From: a virus
Lineage: Duplodnaviria > Caudoviricetes
Strand: one strand, 5' to 3'
Virus record (IMG/VR): IMGVR_UViG_3300032226_000085
Location: 1 to 60,933 of that record
DNA length: 60,933 nt
Translations under genes and position numbers: made by a program
Notes under the pieces: generated by a model
What the model saw: the letters and a program-made list of their open reading frames with translations, nothing else
Database searches by the model: none
Told to the model about the DNA's origin: nothing
In this document: positions 47,374 through 56,568 of the stretch, piece by piece
Layout: every line of letters starts with the position of its first letter
How positions within the stretch are numbered: position 1 is the first letter of the stretch

Positions 47374-47618
47374 ACAATTCCTGACTCATCATCAACGCAC
47401 CAAGCAACGCCGTCTTCGTCAACTTCAGCCCAATCTTCTAAGTCTTCGTCAAAGTAGAAAGTAGCGTCCAGCTCTTCGTCGTAGTACCAAGCGATACCGT
47501 CTTCGTCGTACTCAATGCCTTCTTCGTCGTCCTCAACGTCCACGTACTCAACCAAGTCAAAATTCAGTAAATTAAACAACTGGTCAAAATCACAGACAAC
47601 AGTAAATGTTACATTCAT
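47289..47618 (-). CDS. Extremely acidic aromatic-repeat protein (109 aa)
   Basis: RBS GGAG before ATG 47618; about 45 D/E, no K/R/H; own terminator. Confidence 0.75.
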   Translation of the reverse strand: MNVTFTVVCDFDQLFNLLNFDLVEYVDVEDDEEGIEYDEDGIAWYYDEELDATFYFDEDLEDWAEVDEDGVAWCVDDESGIVYWFDDESDDWVEYDESEDDEEDDAAAW

Positions 47619-47700
47619 AATAATCTCCGTAGTCAAAATAGCAACCCCCACAGGCTGCAAAATCATCCTACAGCACGATTATGACAAATCAAAAATAGAA

Positions 47701-47904
47701 CTACATGCGCTCCAGCACCTCGTAAGCCTGTAGTTTACGACGCAATTTTTCTATCTCTGCGTCGCGTTCGTTTATTTTCTTCTGCAAATTTTCGCTTAGT
47801 TCGTAAACTGTCGTTATTTTTTCAATCCGGTCCCGATGGTCGTCAAGCATCATCTTGTACAACCGTTCTGAAGACTCAATCTGCTTTTGTATGAAGTTGT
47901 TCAT
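47701..47904 (-). CDS. Small coiled-coil protein (67 aa)
   Basis: ORF track; heptad pattern. Confidence 0.6.
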   Translation of the reverse strand: MNNFIQKQIESSERLYKMMLDDHRDRIEKITTVYELSENLQKKINERDAEIEKLRRKLQAYEVLERM

Positions 47905-47921
47905 AAGTACCTACGTAATGT

Positions 47922-47945
47922 AAAAAACGGGGCCGAAGCCCCGTT
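47922..47945 (-). terminator. Rho-independent terminator after capsid gene (cUUCGg)
   Basis: AACGGGGC-TTCG-GCCCCGTT-TTTT on - strand. Confidence 0.8.
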
Positions 47946-47967
47946 AAAGTATCACACAAACGCTGAA

Positions 47968-48876
47968 TTACGCGCCGGGCGAACCGTACATACCCAATGG
48001 GTCAGAGAAGCCGAACGAATAACGCTCACGAGCTTTGTAACGGACGTTGCCGGTATCAAAGTCGCCGTCCATCTTCGTATCCAGCGGAGCACGAATGAAG
48101 TGCTTCATGCCGTTTGGAACGTCGGTGGTCAGGAACCAAGCATTGGTGTCGGTCAGGAAGTGGTTGATTGTGTAACCCTCTGGGATCGAACCGTTGTTCT
48201 TGATTGCGTTGATGTCGTTGTCGGTAGTGCCAACACGGAGGCTGGTTTCCAACAGACGAGTAGCAACGAATTGCAAGCTTGGTGGGACGATCAGTTTACG
48301 AGGACGAGCAGCAATCAACAGACCACGTTCGTCAGTCCACGCAGCGATTTGAATCACGGCGTTTTCCAGCGAGGTTTCGTTCAAGTCAGCAGCAGTCGAT
48401 GGGCTGTTGCTGTTGGTGCCACCATTAATCAAAGGGTGTGCAGTTGAGAACAGAGCAACACCATCACCACCGGGGTAAGCAGAGGAGAAGCCGTTGTTCA
48501 GAATTGCAGCAGCCTTGACCTGCTTGGTGTAGGCCATCGAACGAGCCAGAGCTTTGGTATAACGAGCCGACAGGCTGTCATACAGGTTATCTTCAATCGC
48601 TTCTTCAGTGATCGAAAAACCTTGAGCAATGGTTTCGTGGTTGTATCGAGCGGTCCATGCTTCTTGTGCGTTGTCATAACGAATTGCACTACCTTCGTTC
48701 TTGACTGGTGCAGCAGTAAAGCCAGACAGCTTGGTTTCTTCTTCGAACGAACGCTCGGAGGTCTCTGTTTCGTAGATCTCTTTGTGCTCTTCGCCATAAC
48801 GTGCGTACTCCAGACCGAACAGGGCGTTCAGGCCGGGCAGCAGCTCTTTAAGTAGTTGTGCGCGTGAAATAGCCAT
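47968..48876 (-). CDS. Major capsid protein (Mu gpT-like)
   Basis: MAISRAQLLKELLPGLNALFGLEY, GGDGVALFSTAHP, PRKLIVPP, DFDTGNVRYKARERYSFG. Confidence 0.88.
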   Translation of the reverse strand: MAISRAQLLKELLPGLNALFGLEYARYGEEHKEIYETETSERSFEEETKLSGFTAAPVKNEGSAIRYDNAQEAWTARYNHETIAQGFSITEEAIEDNLYDSLSARYTKALARSMAYTKQVKAAAILNNGFSSAYPGGDGVALFSTAHPLINGGTNSNSPSTAADLNETSLENAVIQIAAWTDERGLLIAARPRKLIVPPSLQFVATRLLETSLRVGTTDNDINAIKNNGSIPEGYTINHFLTDTNAWFLTTDVPNGMKHFIRAPLDTKMDGDFDTGNVRYKARERYSFGFSDPLGMYGSPGA

Positions 48877-48889
48877 GATTTAGCTCCTA

Positions 48890-49747
48890 TTAAGCGGCGT
48901 AGTAGTTATGAACGCCAAAGTTCAATTTAACCAAAACTTCTGGGGACTGAACCAAGACAATTGTCGCACCAGCAGTAGGCGTGGTAGTGACAGCGGCACT
49001 AATGGTAATAGTTGTATTACCGGTCGTGGACGAAGTGAAAGCCGTAGCTACGTTTGCACCAACGCCAAGCTGCTGAAGCTGACCACTAACCAATTGGAAT
49101 ATATCCGTACCAACAGGGATATAGGTGCCAACCGGAATGCCAGACACAACAAACGAAGTTGTAGAGGTGCTGACAAAGGTAGCCGAAGTGCTGATTTGCG
49201 TATCAGGAACCAAGTTCAGAATACGGAAAGCGCCACCCGAACCAACTGCGGTAGTGGTGTTTACACCAAGCAGACCCAGACCGGAATTACCGGTGGATGT
49301 GCTGCCGACTGGAGTGTTTGTAAATGCGTTCAAACCGACCATAGCCGATGGGAACGAGGCAATAGTTGCCACGGAAGCAGAAGTCACTGCCGCCATTTTG
49401 AACACGGTGTCAGGGTCGTCACAGACAATTGCCTGAATATCACCAGCGGTGGTGCTTGCAGGGTAGTACTGAGAGAACAGTTTTTGTTTAGTAGTTGGGC
49501 TAGTAAAGGTGCAGCCCAAGAAAACGCCAACAGTACCCTTAGACACCAAGCTTGCGCCAGTACTTGCGGGGATGATAAAACCGGCGGTTGAGCCAGTAGT
49601 ACCGAGAGTTACGAGATCGCCATAAAAAATGTTTGTGCCGTAGTTGTACGCAATGGGTAGATTACGAGTCGACCCAGCGAACACCTGACCGCCAATCAAA
49701 TTTACTGGCAAAGCACCGTAAGGTGCTGATACAGTAGGATAAGCCAT
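48890..49747 (-). CDS. Head structural / decoration protein
   Basis: APYG..PV, IFYGDLV, GVFLGC, VCDDPDTVF; directly upstream of capsid gene. Confidence 0.65.
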   Translation of the reverse strand: MAYPTVSAPYGALPVNLIGGQVFAGSTRNLPIAYNYGTNIFYGDLVTLGTTGSTAGFIIPASTGASLVSKGTVGVFLGCTFTSPTTKQKLFSQYYPASTTAGDIQAIVCDDPDTVFKMAAVTSASVATIASFPSAMVGLNAFTNTPVGSTSTGNSGLGLLGVNTTTAVGSGGAFRILNLVPDTQISTSATFVSTSTTSFVVSGIPVGTYIPVGTDIFQLVSGQLQQLGVGANVATAFTSSTTGNTTITISAAVTTTPTAGATIVLVQSPEVLVKLNFGVHNYYAA

Positions 49748-49771
49748 GATTGCTCCTAGTTAATAAAAAGA

Positions 49772-50206
49772 CTACTTAGTGCCTTTGCCAAAAGATGTCG
49801 TTGACTTACGTTCATTGAACAAAGGCATCCGCGCATCACTCTGGCGCATAAATGAATTGTCCACGGCTTCGATGTTGTTCTCAGACTGCTGTAGGAAATG
49901 CTCATTACGAGCTACTGTTTTTTCCGTCGGCATCTTGCACAACAACAACCCACCATGGGTTACTTCACCTTTTTCATTTGCCGGAAGCATAAGCTCCGGA
50001 TGATCTTCCGCTCTAACCGGTACCCAGCCTTCACGCATACGCATGGAGAAATTTGGGGAGATCACACCGTTAATGTGGGTTGCTACCCACCGGTATGACC
50101 AGCCCGGTTCTGGGGTTGGATCAGGCAATGTTGAAGGTGGTACATAAACAGTACGTGCGTTTTTATCGCGTGAAACTAGATCACGAGGAGTGCGAGTATC
50201 GGCCAT
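49772..50206 (-). CDS. Head-module hypothetical protein
   Basis: LPDPTPEPGWSYRWV, REGWVPV, GGLLLCKMP. Confidence 0.7.
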   Translation of the reverse strand: MADTRTPRDLVSRDKNARTVYVPPSTLPDPTPEPGWSYRWVATHINGVISPNFSMRMREGWVPVRAEDHPELMLPANEKGEVTHGGLLLCKMPTEKTVARNEHFLQQSENNIEAVDNSFMRQSDARMPLFNERKSTTSFGKGTK

Positions 50207-50207
50207 C

Positions 50208-51191
50208 TTAAATCTCCAATTTAGCTACTTCAGCAGCGTACTGCTGCGGGGTTAGTCCATACTTTTTAGCCAAGGCGAGTTGCCGAGTAGAAAGCTGGAT
50301 TTTCTTTGTTCCAGACGAACGAGACGCTGGAGCAACCACAGACGCAGGTTTTTTTGGAGCCTCAGACTGAACCTGTACAGGTTCCGGCGTTTTCTCAGCA
50401 TTCCCGCCAAATAGTTCGGGGAACGTCTTCTGCATACGCCCATCGATTTGGGCGAAGTATTCATCGTTGCGAGGGTCTACCCCCGAACTGACTAGTTTGT
50501 GATGCAGCCCTAGTGCGTAGCTGGTGTATTCTTCGAACCCCGGTTGACCGTACCACTGGTTTTTTGCCTGCCAGCGCAGCGTCTTCTCGTCCGGTGCAGC
50601 CTGTTGGGGTTGAGATACTTCACGTTGTACCGCAGGTTCGTCTTCTTGTAAAGGGGCTGGCCTAAAGTTTTTTACCTGAGACAGTCTAACCTTTGCTTCC
50701 ATCAAAGCTTCTTGGGCTTCCATGATGGCGTCGGTGTCGTATGACTCTTGGGCATCTTTAAATTGACGGCGGGCTGCTTGCAGTTGCGCTTCGGCAGCAT
50801 CTGTCGCTGTAGAGATGTAGGCTTCCTGCCCATGATTAACTGTCTGCTTGAGTTTTTTATTCTCTTCAGACAAGTACGTCATGAGCTTTTCCATCTCCTG
50901 CTTTTCTCGCAAGAGAGACTCTTTCATCCGGCGCTCGTCATGACGGGCGTGTGTTAACTCTTTAATACGAGTCTGCACCTTATCCGAATAGTTTTCGATT
51001 TCGTCGTCAGTCGGGTCTGACACATCCTTGTCCAATGGCTTGCGGCCACGGTCTTTTGCGGGGGTGTCATCAAATATTTCAATTTCGACATCATCTTCAG
51101 CATCCGCCTGAATGACTACGGAATCGTCTTCTTGAGATACGGCAACTTTTCTGTCGTCGTCCTCGTCCGGGAAACTAAACTTATCTAACAT
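50208..51191 (-). CDS. Capsid scaffolding protein (putative)
   Basis: Acidic N-terminus, coiled coil, W..KNQWYG, C-terminal LAKKYGLTPQQYA. Confidence 0.7.
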   Translation of the reverse strand: MLDKFSFPDEDDDRKVAVSQEDDSVVIQADAEDDVEIEIFDDTPAKDRGRKPLDKDVSDPTDDEIENYSDKVQTRIKELTHARHDERRMKESLLREKQEMEKLMTYLSEENKKLKQTVNHGQEAYISTATDAAEAQLQAARRQFKDAQESYDTDAIMEAQEALMEAKVRLSQVKNFRPAPLQEDEPAVQREVSQPQQAAPDEKTLRWQAKNQWYGQPGFEEYTSYALGLHHKLVSSGVDPRNDEYFAQIDGRMQKTFPELFGGNAEKTPEPVQVQSEAPKKPASVVAPASRSSGTKKIQLSTRQLALAKKYGLTPQQYAAEVAKLEI

Positions 51192-51203
51192 GTAACACTC
51201 CTA

Positions 51204-51632
51204 TTAAGCACGGGTAATACCGCGTGGATCGTCCACGACCGCATCAATCTGGTCGTCGTTCAACAGACGGAACTCTTTTCCATAAATCTTGAACCGAGTA
51301 CCGGAGTAAGTACGCACTAACACAAAGTCGCCTTCTTTACACCAAGGACCGTTCGGGAACTTGGTTGTGTCTTTGTACGCATCATGGCCAACTGCCAACA
51401 CAAACAAAATGGTGGTCGAGTGCTCTTCCTGACGCATAACCGACTCCGCTTTAATTATGGTGGAGTTATCAAACTTATCCGACACATCGGGAACGCCACA
51501 AAGAATCTTCCACCCTGTTGGTATAGGCAACATGCGCCCACGTTCTTCAATAGGGATTTCCTCTGTTGGCTTTTCGATTGGTTGAATTGGCTCCGGCATT
51601 TGAATGCCCGGAGGTAGTAATAGATCGCTCAT
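51204..51632 (-). CDS. groES: GroES-like co-chaperonin
   Basis: PTGWKIL, VLAVG, PWCKEGDFVL...YSGTRF...EFRLLNDDQIDAVV. Confidence 0.82.
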   Translation of the reverse strand: MSDLLLPPGIQMPEPIQPIEKPTEEIPIEERGRMLPIPTGWKILCGVPDVSDKFDNSTIIKAESVMRQEEHSTTILFVLAVGHDAYKDTTKFPNGPWCKEGDFVLVRTYSGTRFKIYGKEFRLLNDDQIDAVVDDPRGITRA

Positions 51633-51828
51633 CGTCTTCGTCCTCTTTGGTTGCTGCTTCTACAAGGTCAAGTAAGTGTCGCTCTGCAAGGGCAAGACCT
51701 TGAACTACCCCGCAGAGTTTTTGATAAGAGGCGAAATCTGTGCAGACGCCATTGGCCATGTCGTCCGTGTAATCATTCATATCTTTGCGTATCTTGTCGC
51801 GCAATACGCTTGCGAAGTTGTCCATCAT
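51547..51828 (-). CDS. Small hypothetical protein between portal and GroES
   Basis: DFASYQKLCGVVQGL; overlaps GroES start. Confidence 0.65.
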   Translation of the reverse strand: MMDNFASVLRDKIRKDMNDYTDDMANGVCTDFASYQKLCGVVQGLALAERHLLDLVEAATKEDEDDERSITTSGHSNAGANSTNRKANRGNPY

Positions 51829-54281
51829 TTAGGTTTTCTCTCCTGTGATTTTGTTTTGGCGATGTCAATACCCATACGCACACCTTCGCGTTCTTGTTGT
51901 GCAGCAATGTTTTCTTTCTGCTGCTGCATGGTGGTAGCTGCTTTAAATCCATCAAGCTCAAACTTAGCTTCCATCTCTTGCTTTTTAAGCTCAAGCTCGT
52001 CTGCTTTAGCCGCAGCGTCTGTTGCAATCTTCTTTTCTTTCAGATCAACTTCTTTCTGTTTAATCTGAAGCTCTTGCTGCTGCATCTGAATAATCGGATC
52101 TTGCGCTTGCTGTTGCGCTTGTTGCTGTGCCACTTGCGCTTTGTTTTCTTGCAGTACCTGCTGTGCCGCTTGCGCCATCATGGAGGACAACGCCATCTCA
52201 ACCTGCGGTGGCAACTTCTCGTCTTCTGGTGGCAGAGCAACACCCATCTGCTGCTCGATCTTCTGACGGTATGCGTATGCCACGTGCTCCCCGATGTGCG
52301 CCATCATGGCCGCTTGAATCTGCGGTGCTCTTGGGTTTTGGCCAATAAGCTGCTGAATCAACGGGTCGTTCATTGCAGACATGTGTACTTGAATATGCGA
52401 CTGATGGTCTTGGTAGAAGAACGCTTTGACCGGCTTACCTTTCAACACCGCCATATTCTCTGCCACAGGATCGCGGGGCTTCTGATCGTCTTCCAACGGC
52501 ACTAGCTTTTCTGCGTTCTTAATACCCAGTACTTCCAACATCTGACGGTGCAGAAACGGCAGGTCGTAAATATCCGGTGCCATCTGCGCCATCTGAATGA
52601 CCGCTTGGTACTGCACAACACGCTGCGACATCGTTGCTGCATTAGGATCACTGACCGGGATCAGGTCTACTTTGTCGTAGTCTTCACGCTTGGCTTTCTT
52701 AGTGCCGTGATCTGGGGTGTATTCGTAGTCTGGGTCAGTGTAGTCACGAATAATCTCTTTAATCAGCTTAAACTCGCGCTTTAGTGTGTAGTGCACACGC
52801 GCTTGTACTGCCGTCATGACTTTAAGTTGGCGCTCCAGCAGTGCTAACGTTGTTCCAACAGGGGCCTGAGCCGACATATCGGAGACTTTCATGTCCGCAG
52901 TCGCAGCAAAACGTCGGCCTTCTTCCACAATATTGCCAAGCAGTTGATAAAGAACCGCCGAAGGCTCCTTGTATGGCAGTGGCAATATACTGTCGCGGAT
53001 GCTGCCCGATGATACGTCCACATCACGCCACTCACCCGGAGCGATAGGTGTATCGTCGCCCTTGATACGCAGACCACGTGACTTCAAACCACCCGGCAAG
53101 TTAGAAAGAGTGCCCGCATCCACCAACTGACGCATCAGCGATGTCGCGTTCTTTGCAAAACCGCCCACCAAGTGAAAAAGACCAAAGCCGTACGCACCAA
53201 AGCCGGGGATGTACTGGTAATGCACAAAATGCTGGCGCTTCAAACGCAGGGGATCTTCGTATTTCCAGTTTCTACGAATGGCCAGCACCTCGTTGGTGCC
53301 TTTAATGAGTGTAACGACGTACGGCAGAGCAATTTCTGTTTTCTCTTTGTCCTCATCCACGTCTGCGTGAACGTCGTCCTCAATATATAAGTCAGCGTGG
53401 CACTCATACAGGGTGTATCTGTCGTCGTTTAAGTCAGAAAAGCCGGTCTCTTTGTCTTTGGCCTTCTGAATATCCTCCACTTTGCGGTCAGGATCGCCCA
53501 ACTCAACGTCCCGGTAGAACCCTGCCTGCTGTAGTTTTAGAATATCGTTCTTGGTTTTGCGCATCACGTGCGTAAAACGCGGTGTGGTATCCATATCTGT
53601 TGCGCCGTACGGCAGGATGCCGTCTTCTGCTGGCACAAACATCGACACTTGGCGTCCCAAATTGGGATCGTAGTAAACTTTCTTGAACGCTGAACCCGTA
53701 GCAGGCAACGACCACAACATGCGCTCGTGCTCAGGGCGGTACTCCGACATCACTTCGGTCAACTCGAAGTTCATATCCTCTTCTACGCGCTGTGATGCTT
53801 CCTTGATCTCTGGCGTTTCTTTGCCGATGATCTTAGTGCGCACAGGACCTTGCGCTGGGAATGTTTCAGAAATCGTCTCAGACTGAAAGCGCACTACCGC
53901 TTCGGAAAGCATGGGGTGGAAGACGCCACATGCGCCTGACCATGGTTCTGTACGCTCTTCGATCTGAAGACCAAGCAATTTAATACCTTCGACGTACGAC
54001 TTCTCCCACTCCTTGCGCGAGTTTTTATCGTTCTCAATGTCGTCAATCAGGTCTGAGGCCAGCGTAGCAAGTGCGCCTTCATCCAAATCTTCTGCCAGAT
54101 TGGCATCAAAGTCGTCCTCGACTTCTGCTTTTATGACCTCTAACTCAAAGCCCGGACCGCTAATGCTGACCGATTCTGGATCAACAATCTCGATCTCCAG
54201 CCCTTGTTCTTGGTCTTCGTCTTCGGTCTCCAACGCACCCAACCCAGCAGGGGCTTGGTTTATTGCTTTATCGATTGGCAT
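51825..54281 (-). CDS. Portal protein
   Basis: 818 aa after TerL; HPMLSEAVVRFQ, GSAFKKVY, RQLVDAGTLSNLPGG; Q-rich C-terminal barrel-like coil. Confidence 0.85.
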   Translation of the reverse strand: MPIDKAINQAPAGLGALETEDEDQEQGLEIEIVDPESVSISGPGFELEVIKAEVEDDFDANLAEDLDEGALATLASDLIDDIENDKNSRKEWEKSYVEGIKLLGLQIEERTEPWSGACGVFHPMLSEAVVRFQSETISETFPAQGPVRTKIIGKETPEIKEASQRVEEDMNFELTEVMSEYRPEHERMLWSLPATGSAFKKVYYDPNLGRQVSMFVPAEDGILPYGATDMDTTPRFTHVMRKTKNDILKLQQAGFYRDVELGDPDRKVEDIQKAKDKETGFSDLNDDRYTLYECHADLYIEDDVHADVDEDKEKTEIALPYVVTLIKGTNEVLAIRRNWKYEDPLRLKRQHFVHYQYIPGFGAYGFGLFHLVGGFAKNATSLMRQLVDAGTLSNLPGGLKSRGLRIKGDDTPIAPGEWRDVDVSSGSIRDSILPLPYKEPSAVLYQLLGNIVEEGRRFAATADMKVSDMSAQAPVGTTLALLERQLKVMTAVQARVHYTLKREFKLIKEIIRDYTDPDYEYTPDHGTKKAKREDYDKVDLIPVSDPNAATMSQRVVQYQAVIQMAQMAPDIYDLPFLHRQMLEVLGIKNAEKLVPLEDDQKPRDPVAENMAVLKGKPVKAFFYQDHQSHIQVHMSAMNDPLIQQLIGQNPRAPQIQAAMMAHIGEHVAYAYRQKIEQQMGVALPPEDEKLPPQVEMALSSMMAQAAQQVLQENKAQVAQQQAQQQAQDPIIQMQQQELQIKQKEVDLKEKKIATDAAAKADELELKKQEMEAKFELDGFKAATTMQQQKENIAAQQEREGVRMGIDIAKTKSQERKPK

Positions 54282-54290
54282 GGTATGTCC

Positions 54291-55820
54291 TTAGTAGTAC
54301 GCCGCTTTTCTGGCGCGGTGGTATATGGGTTCGTCTTTTTCGTCGGTATCAAGGGTAATGAACCCCCCTTGCCTAAAGCGTAGCAGTGCTTGCGACGTAG
54401 TATCCACGAAGTCATCGTGTTCGCCAACTGGGAAGGCTGCTACTTCTTCGATAACTTCTCTGGCCCACCTTGTGTCAGGTGCCCAGACTTTTCCGCTGGT
54501 AAACAGATCCGCGACAGCGTTTAGTCGCACGTGTTTGTCGTTGCCCCGGCTGGGGCTGAACTCTTGGACTGGGATACCCATTGCCCGAAGTTCTTGAATA
54601 AGCGGGGCGCCTGCTGCCTTTTTCTCCACAATGAATGCATCTGGCTCCCATTCTTTATAGTGCTTGAGCGCAGCTTGTTTTAAATCTGGAAACGCCATCC
54701 GCTCCTTGAACGCGTCCAACAGTATTAACTGTGGCGTGTCGTTCTCTTCTTCGTTGTACCAGATTCCCCACGTGGTGCAGGCTGAATAGTCGGAGTTGTT
54801 CTTGGTCTCAAACGCCGTATCCCAACTCTGGATGATGTACTCGCACTGCGGGGGGTCGTCGTGGTCCCAAATGCGCCAGTGCTTGCGCGAGATGATGGCC
54901 GAGTTTTCAGAGGTGGGGTTCTGCATGTACTGAGCGTTCCAGTACCGGGGGTCGAGTGACGCCTTGACTTTCTTTAACTGCTCCAGCGGCCACTGCTCTG
55001 GCCACAGGCTTTTCTCGTTCTCGTCGTTCTCATTCAAAATGGCCGGGAGTTCTACGATCTCCCATGGCTCGGCATCAGGGTTGCGTGTTTGATAATCGAT
55101 TAAACGGCCTGTCAGATCCAACAGCGACCATCTGGTCATAATGACAATAATTGCCCCTCCGGGCATCAGACGCTGCAACGGGCCTGTTTGAAACCAACTC
55201 CACGCCGTATCGAACGCCAGACGGCTGTTGCTCTTTACATCTTGCTCAGAGTGAGGGTCATCAATAACAAATAAGTCAGCACCGCGACCAGCCAAAGCGC
55301 CACCGACACCCGCTGCATAATACTGACCTCCTGCTCCGGTACTCCACTTTCCTGCTGCTTTCTGGTCATCTGCAATCCGCGTGTCTGGGTAAAGTTCGTG
55401 GTACTCCTCTGACTCAATTAAGTTCCGCACCCGCCGTCCAAAGTCTTCTGACAGACCCGCCGTGTGGGTGCCCATGATGATCTTCTTGTCTGGATACTTG
55501 CCTAAAAAATAAGCTGGGAACAGATAGCTGGAGAATTCGGACTTACCGTGACGCGGGGCGATGTTGATGATTACACGCTTTTTCTTGCCGCTGATGACAT
55601 CCTCAAAGATCTTTGAGAGCTTCCGGTGGTGGGGTCCGATCTTAAATCCCGGATACACGTGTGTAGCAAACCCCAGCATAGAGTCGCGCCCAATGATCTT
55701 GCTGGCGCGGGCAGCGCGTTCTTCTAAGTCCGCAAGCAGTTCCGCCTTCTCCCGTGGAGACAGCGTTGGCAAGGCGCGTTGGAGCGCCATTATCTCTTCA
55801 GGACTCAGTACTGGGTTCAT
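54291..55820 (-). CDS. terL: Terminase large subunit
   Basis: IAPRHGKS Walker A, VIDDPH Walker B, MTRW, QYMQNP, SWDTA, HDDFVD nuclease motifs. Confidence 0.92.
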   Translation of the reverse strand: MNPVLSPEEIMALQRALPTLSPREKAELLADLEERAARASKIIGRDSMLGFATHVYPGFKIGPHHRKLSKIFEDVISGKKKRVIINIAPRHGKSEFSSYLFPAYFLGKYPDKKIIMGTHTAGLSEDFGRRVRNLIESEEYHELYPDTRIADDQKAAGKWSTGAGGQYYAAGVGGALAGRGADLFVIDDPHSEQDVKSNSRLAFDTAWSWFQTGPLQRLMPGGAIIVIMTRWSLLDLTGRLIDYQTRNPDAEPWEIVELPAILNENDENEKSLWPEQWPLEQLKKVKASLDPRYWNAQYMQNPTSENSAIISRKHWRIWDHDDPPQCEYIIQSWDTAFETKNNSDYSACTTWGIWYNEEENDTPQLILLDAFKERMAFPDLKQAALKHYKEWEPDAFIVEKKAAGAPLIQELRAMGIPVQEFSPSRGNDKHVRLNAVADLFTSGKVWAPDTRWAREVIEEVAAFPVGEHDDFVDTTSQALLRFRQGGFITLDTDEKDEPIYHRARKAAYY

Positions 55821-56403
55821 TGTCTACACTTTGACATTCTATTTCTTCGACTTCTCTGACATCCGTGATGTCCACGATCTTGGCGAACTTACCCAGCTTT
55901 TCCTTGATCCGCGCTTCCAGTTCAGCGTCGGACAGTTCTGTCTTCTTAATCTCGATCTTCTCGGTGAACAGCCCCACTTCCGTGACCTTGCCCAGAAGTG
56001 CCAGTGCTTTAAGCCGTACGCTGGCTGTTGGGTGTTTGGTTTCTTCCAGCAGTTGGGCAACAGCATAGCCGCGAATCTCTTTGGCTTGATTGATAAACTC
56101 CCAATCGTATGCCGTTAGCATTCCAACAAGGTGTTGTACCGCAGCGGGGGTTTTGATTTCAGCCAATGCAGCGCGAGAGTGTTCGTCGGGCTGGGCTGTT
56201 ACGATATTGGTGAAGGCCGTTCTGGCTGCTTGGGACTCCAACTCATTGGCGAGTTCATCGCCTGCTGCGCCCAGACTCTTTAACCACTCGGCGGTATCTA
56301 CCTTGGCATCTACCAAGTCTACGGGGGCAGTCTTTTCAAACGTGACGAAGCCAGTGGAGTCATCATCCACATCGGGGGTAAATTCTATTAAGTGATCCAA
56401 CAT
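55798..56403 (-). CDS. Putative terminase small subunit
   Basis: Directly upstream of TerL; RLKALALLGKVTEVGLF; likely start ATG 56403. Confidence 0.6.
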   Translation of the reverse strand: MLDHLIEFTPDVDDDSTGFVTFEKTAPVDLVDAKVDTAEWLKSLGAAGDELANELESQAARTAFTNIVTAQPDEHSRAALAEIKTPAAVQHLVGMLTAYDWEFINQAKEIRGYAVAQLLEETKHPTASVRLKALALLGKVTEVGLFTEKIEIKKTELSDAELEARIKEKLGKFAKIVDITDVREVEEIECQSVDNEPSTES

Positions 56404-56414
56404 GCGCAGGTCCC

Positions 56415-56444
56415 TTGCGTACCTCGTTGCCCGGAGTGTATAGT
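56415..56444 (+). promoter_or_regulatory. Putative sigma70 promoter for candidate sRNA
   Basis: TTGCGT-18 nt-TATAGT. Confidence 0.55.
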
Positions 56445-56450
56445 GTGTCT

Positions 56451-56541
56451 TGCAAGTGCGCAAGTGGCAACTCTTCGCGTTTGCTTCTCCTTTGCTCGTG
56501 GTGAGCATATTTTGCCCTCGGTTTTGCCGGGGGCTTTTTTT
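56451..56541 (+). ncRNA. Candidate ~90-nt sRNA with anti-Shine-Dalgarno seed
   Basis: Upstream promoter, three hairpins, terminal GCCCTCGG/CCGGGGGC plus T7; seed CGTTTGCTTCTCCTTTG. Confidence 0.6.
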
Positions 56542-56550
56542 CGGCTGTGT

Positions 56551-56568
56551 TTGTCTAAGGTTAGACAA
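56551..56568. promoter_or_regulatory. Palindromic operator-like site TTGTCTAA-GG-TTAGACAA
   Basis: Perfect 8-bp arms; adjacent to a - strand TTGACA (56575-56580). Confidence 0.55.
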
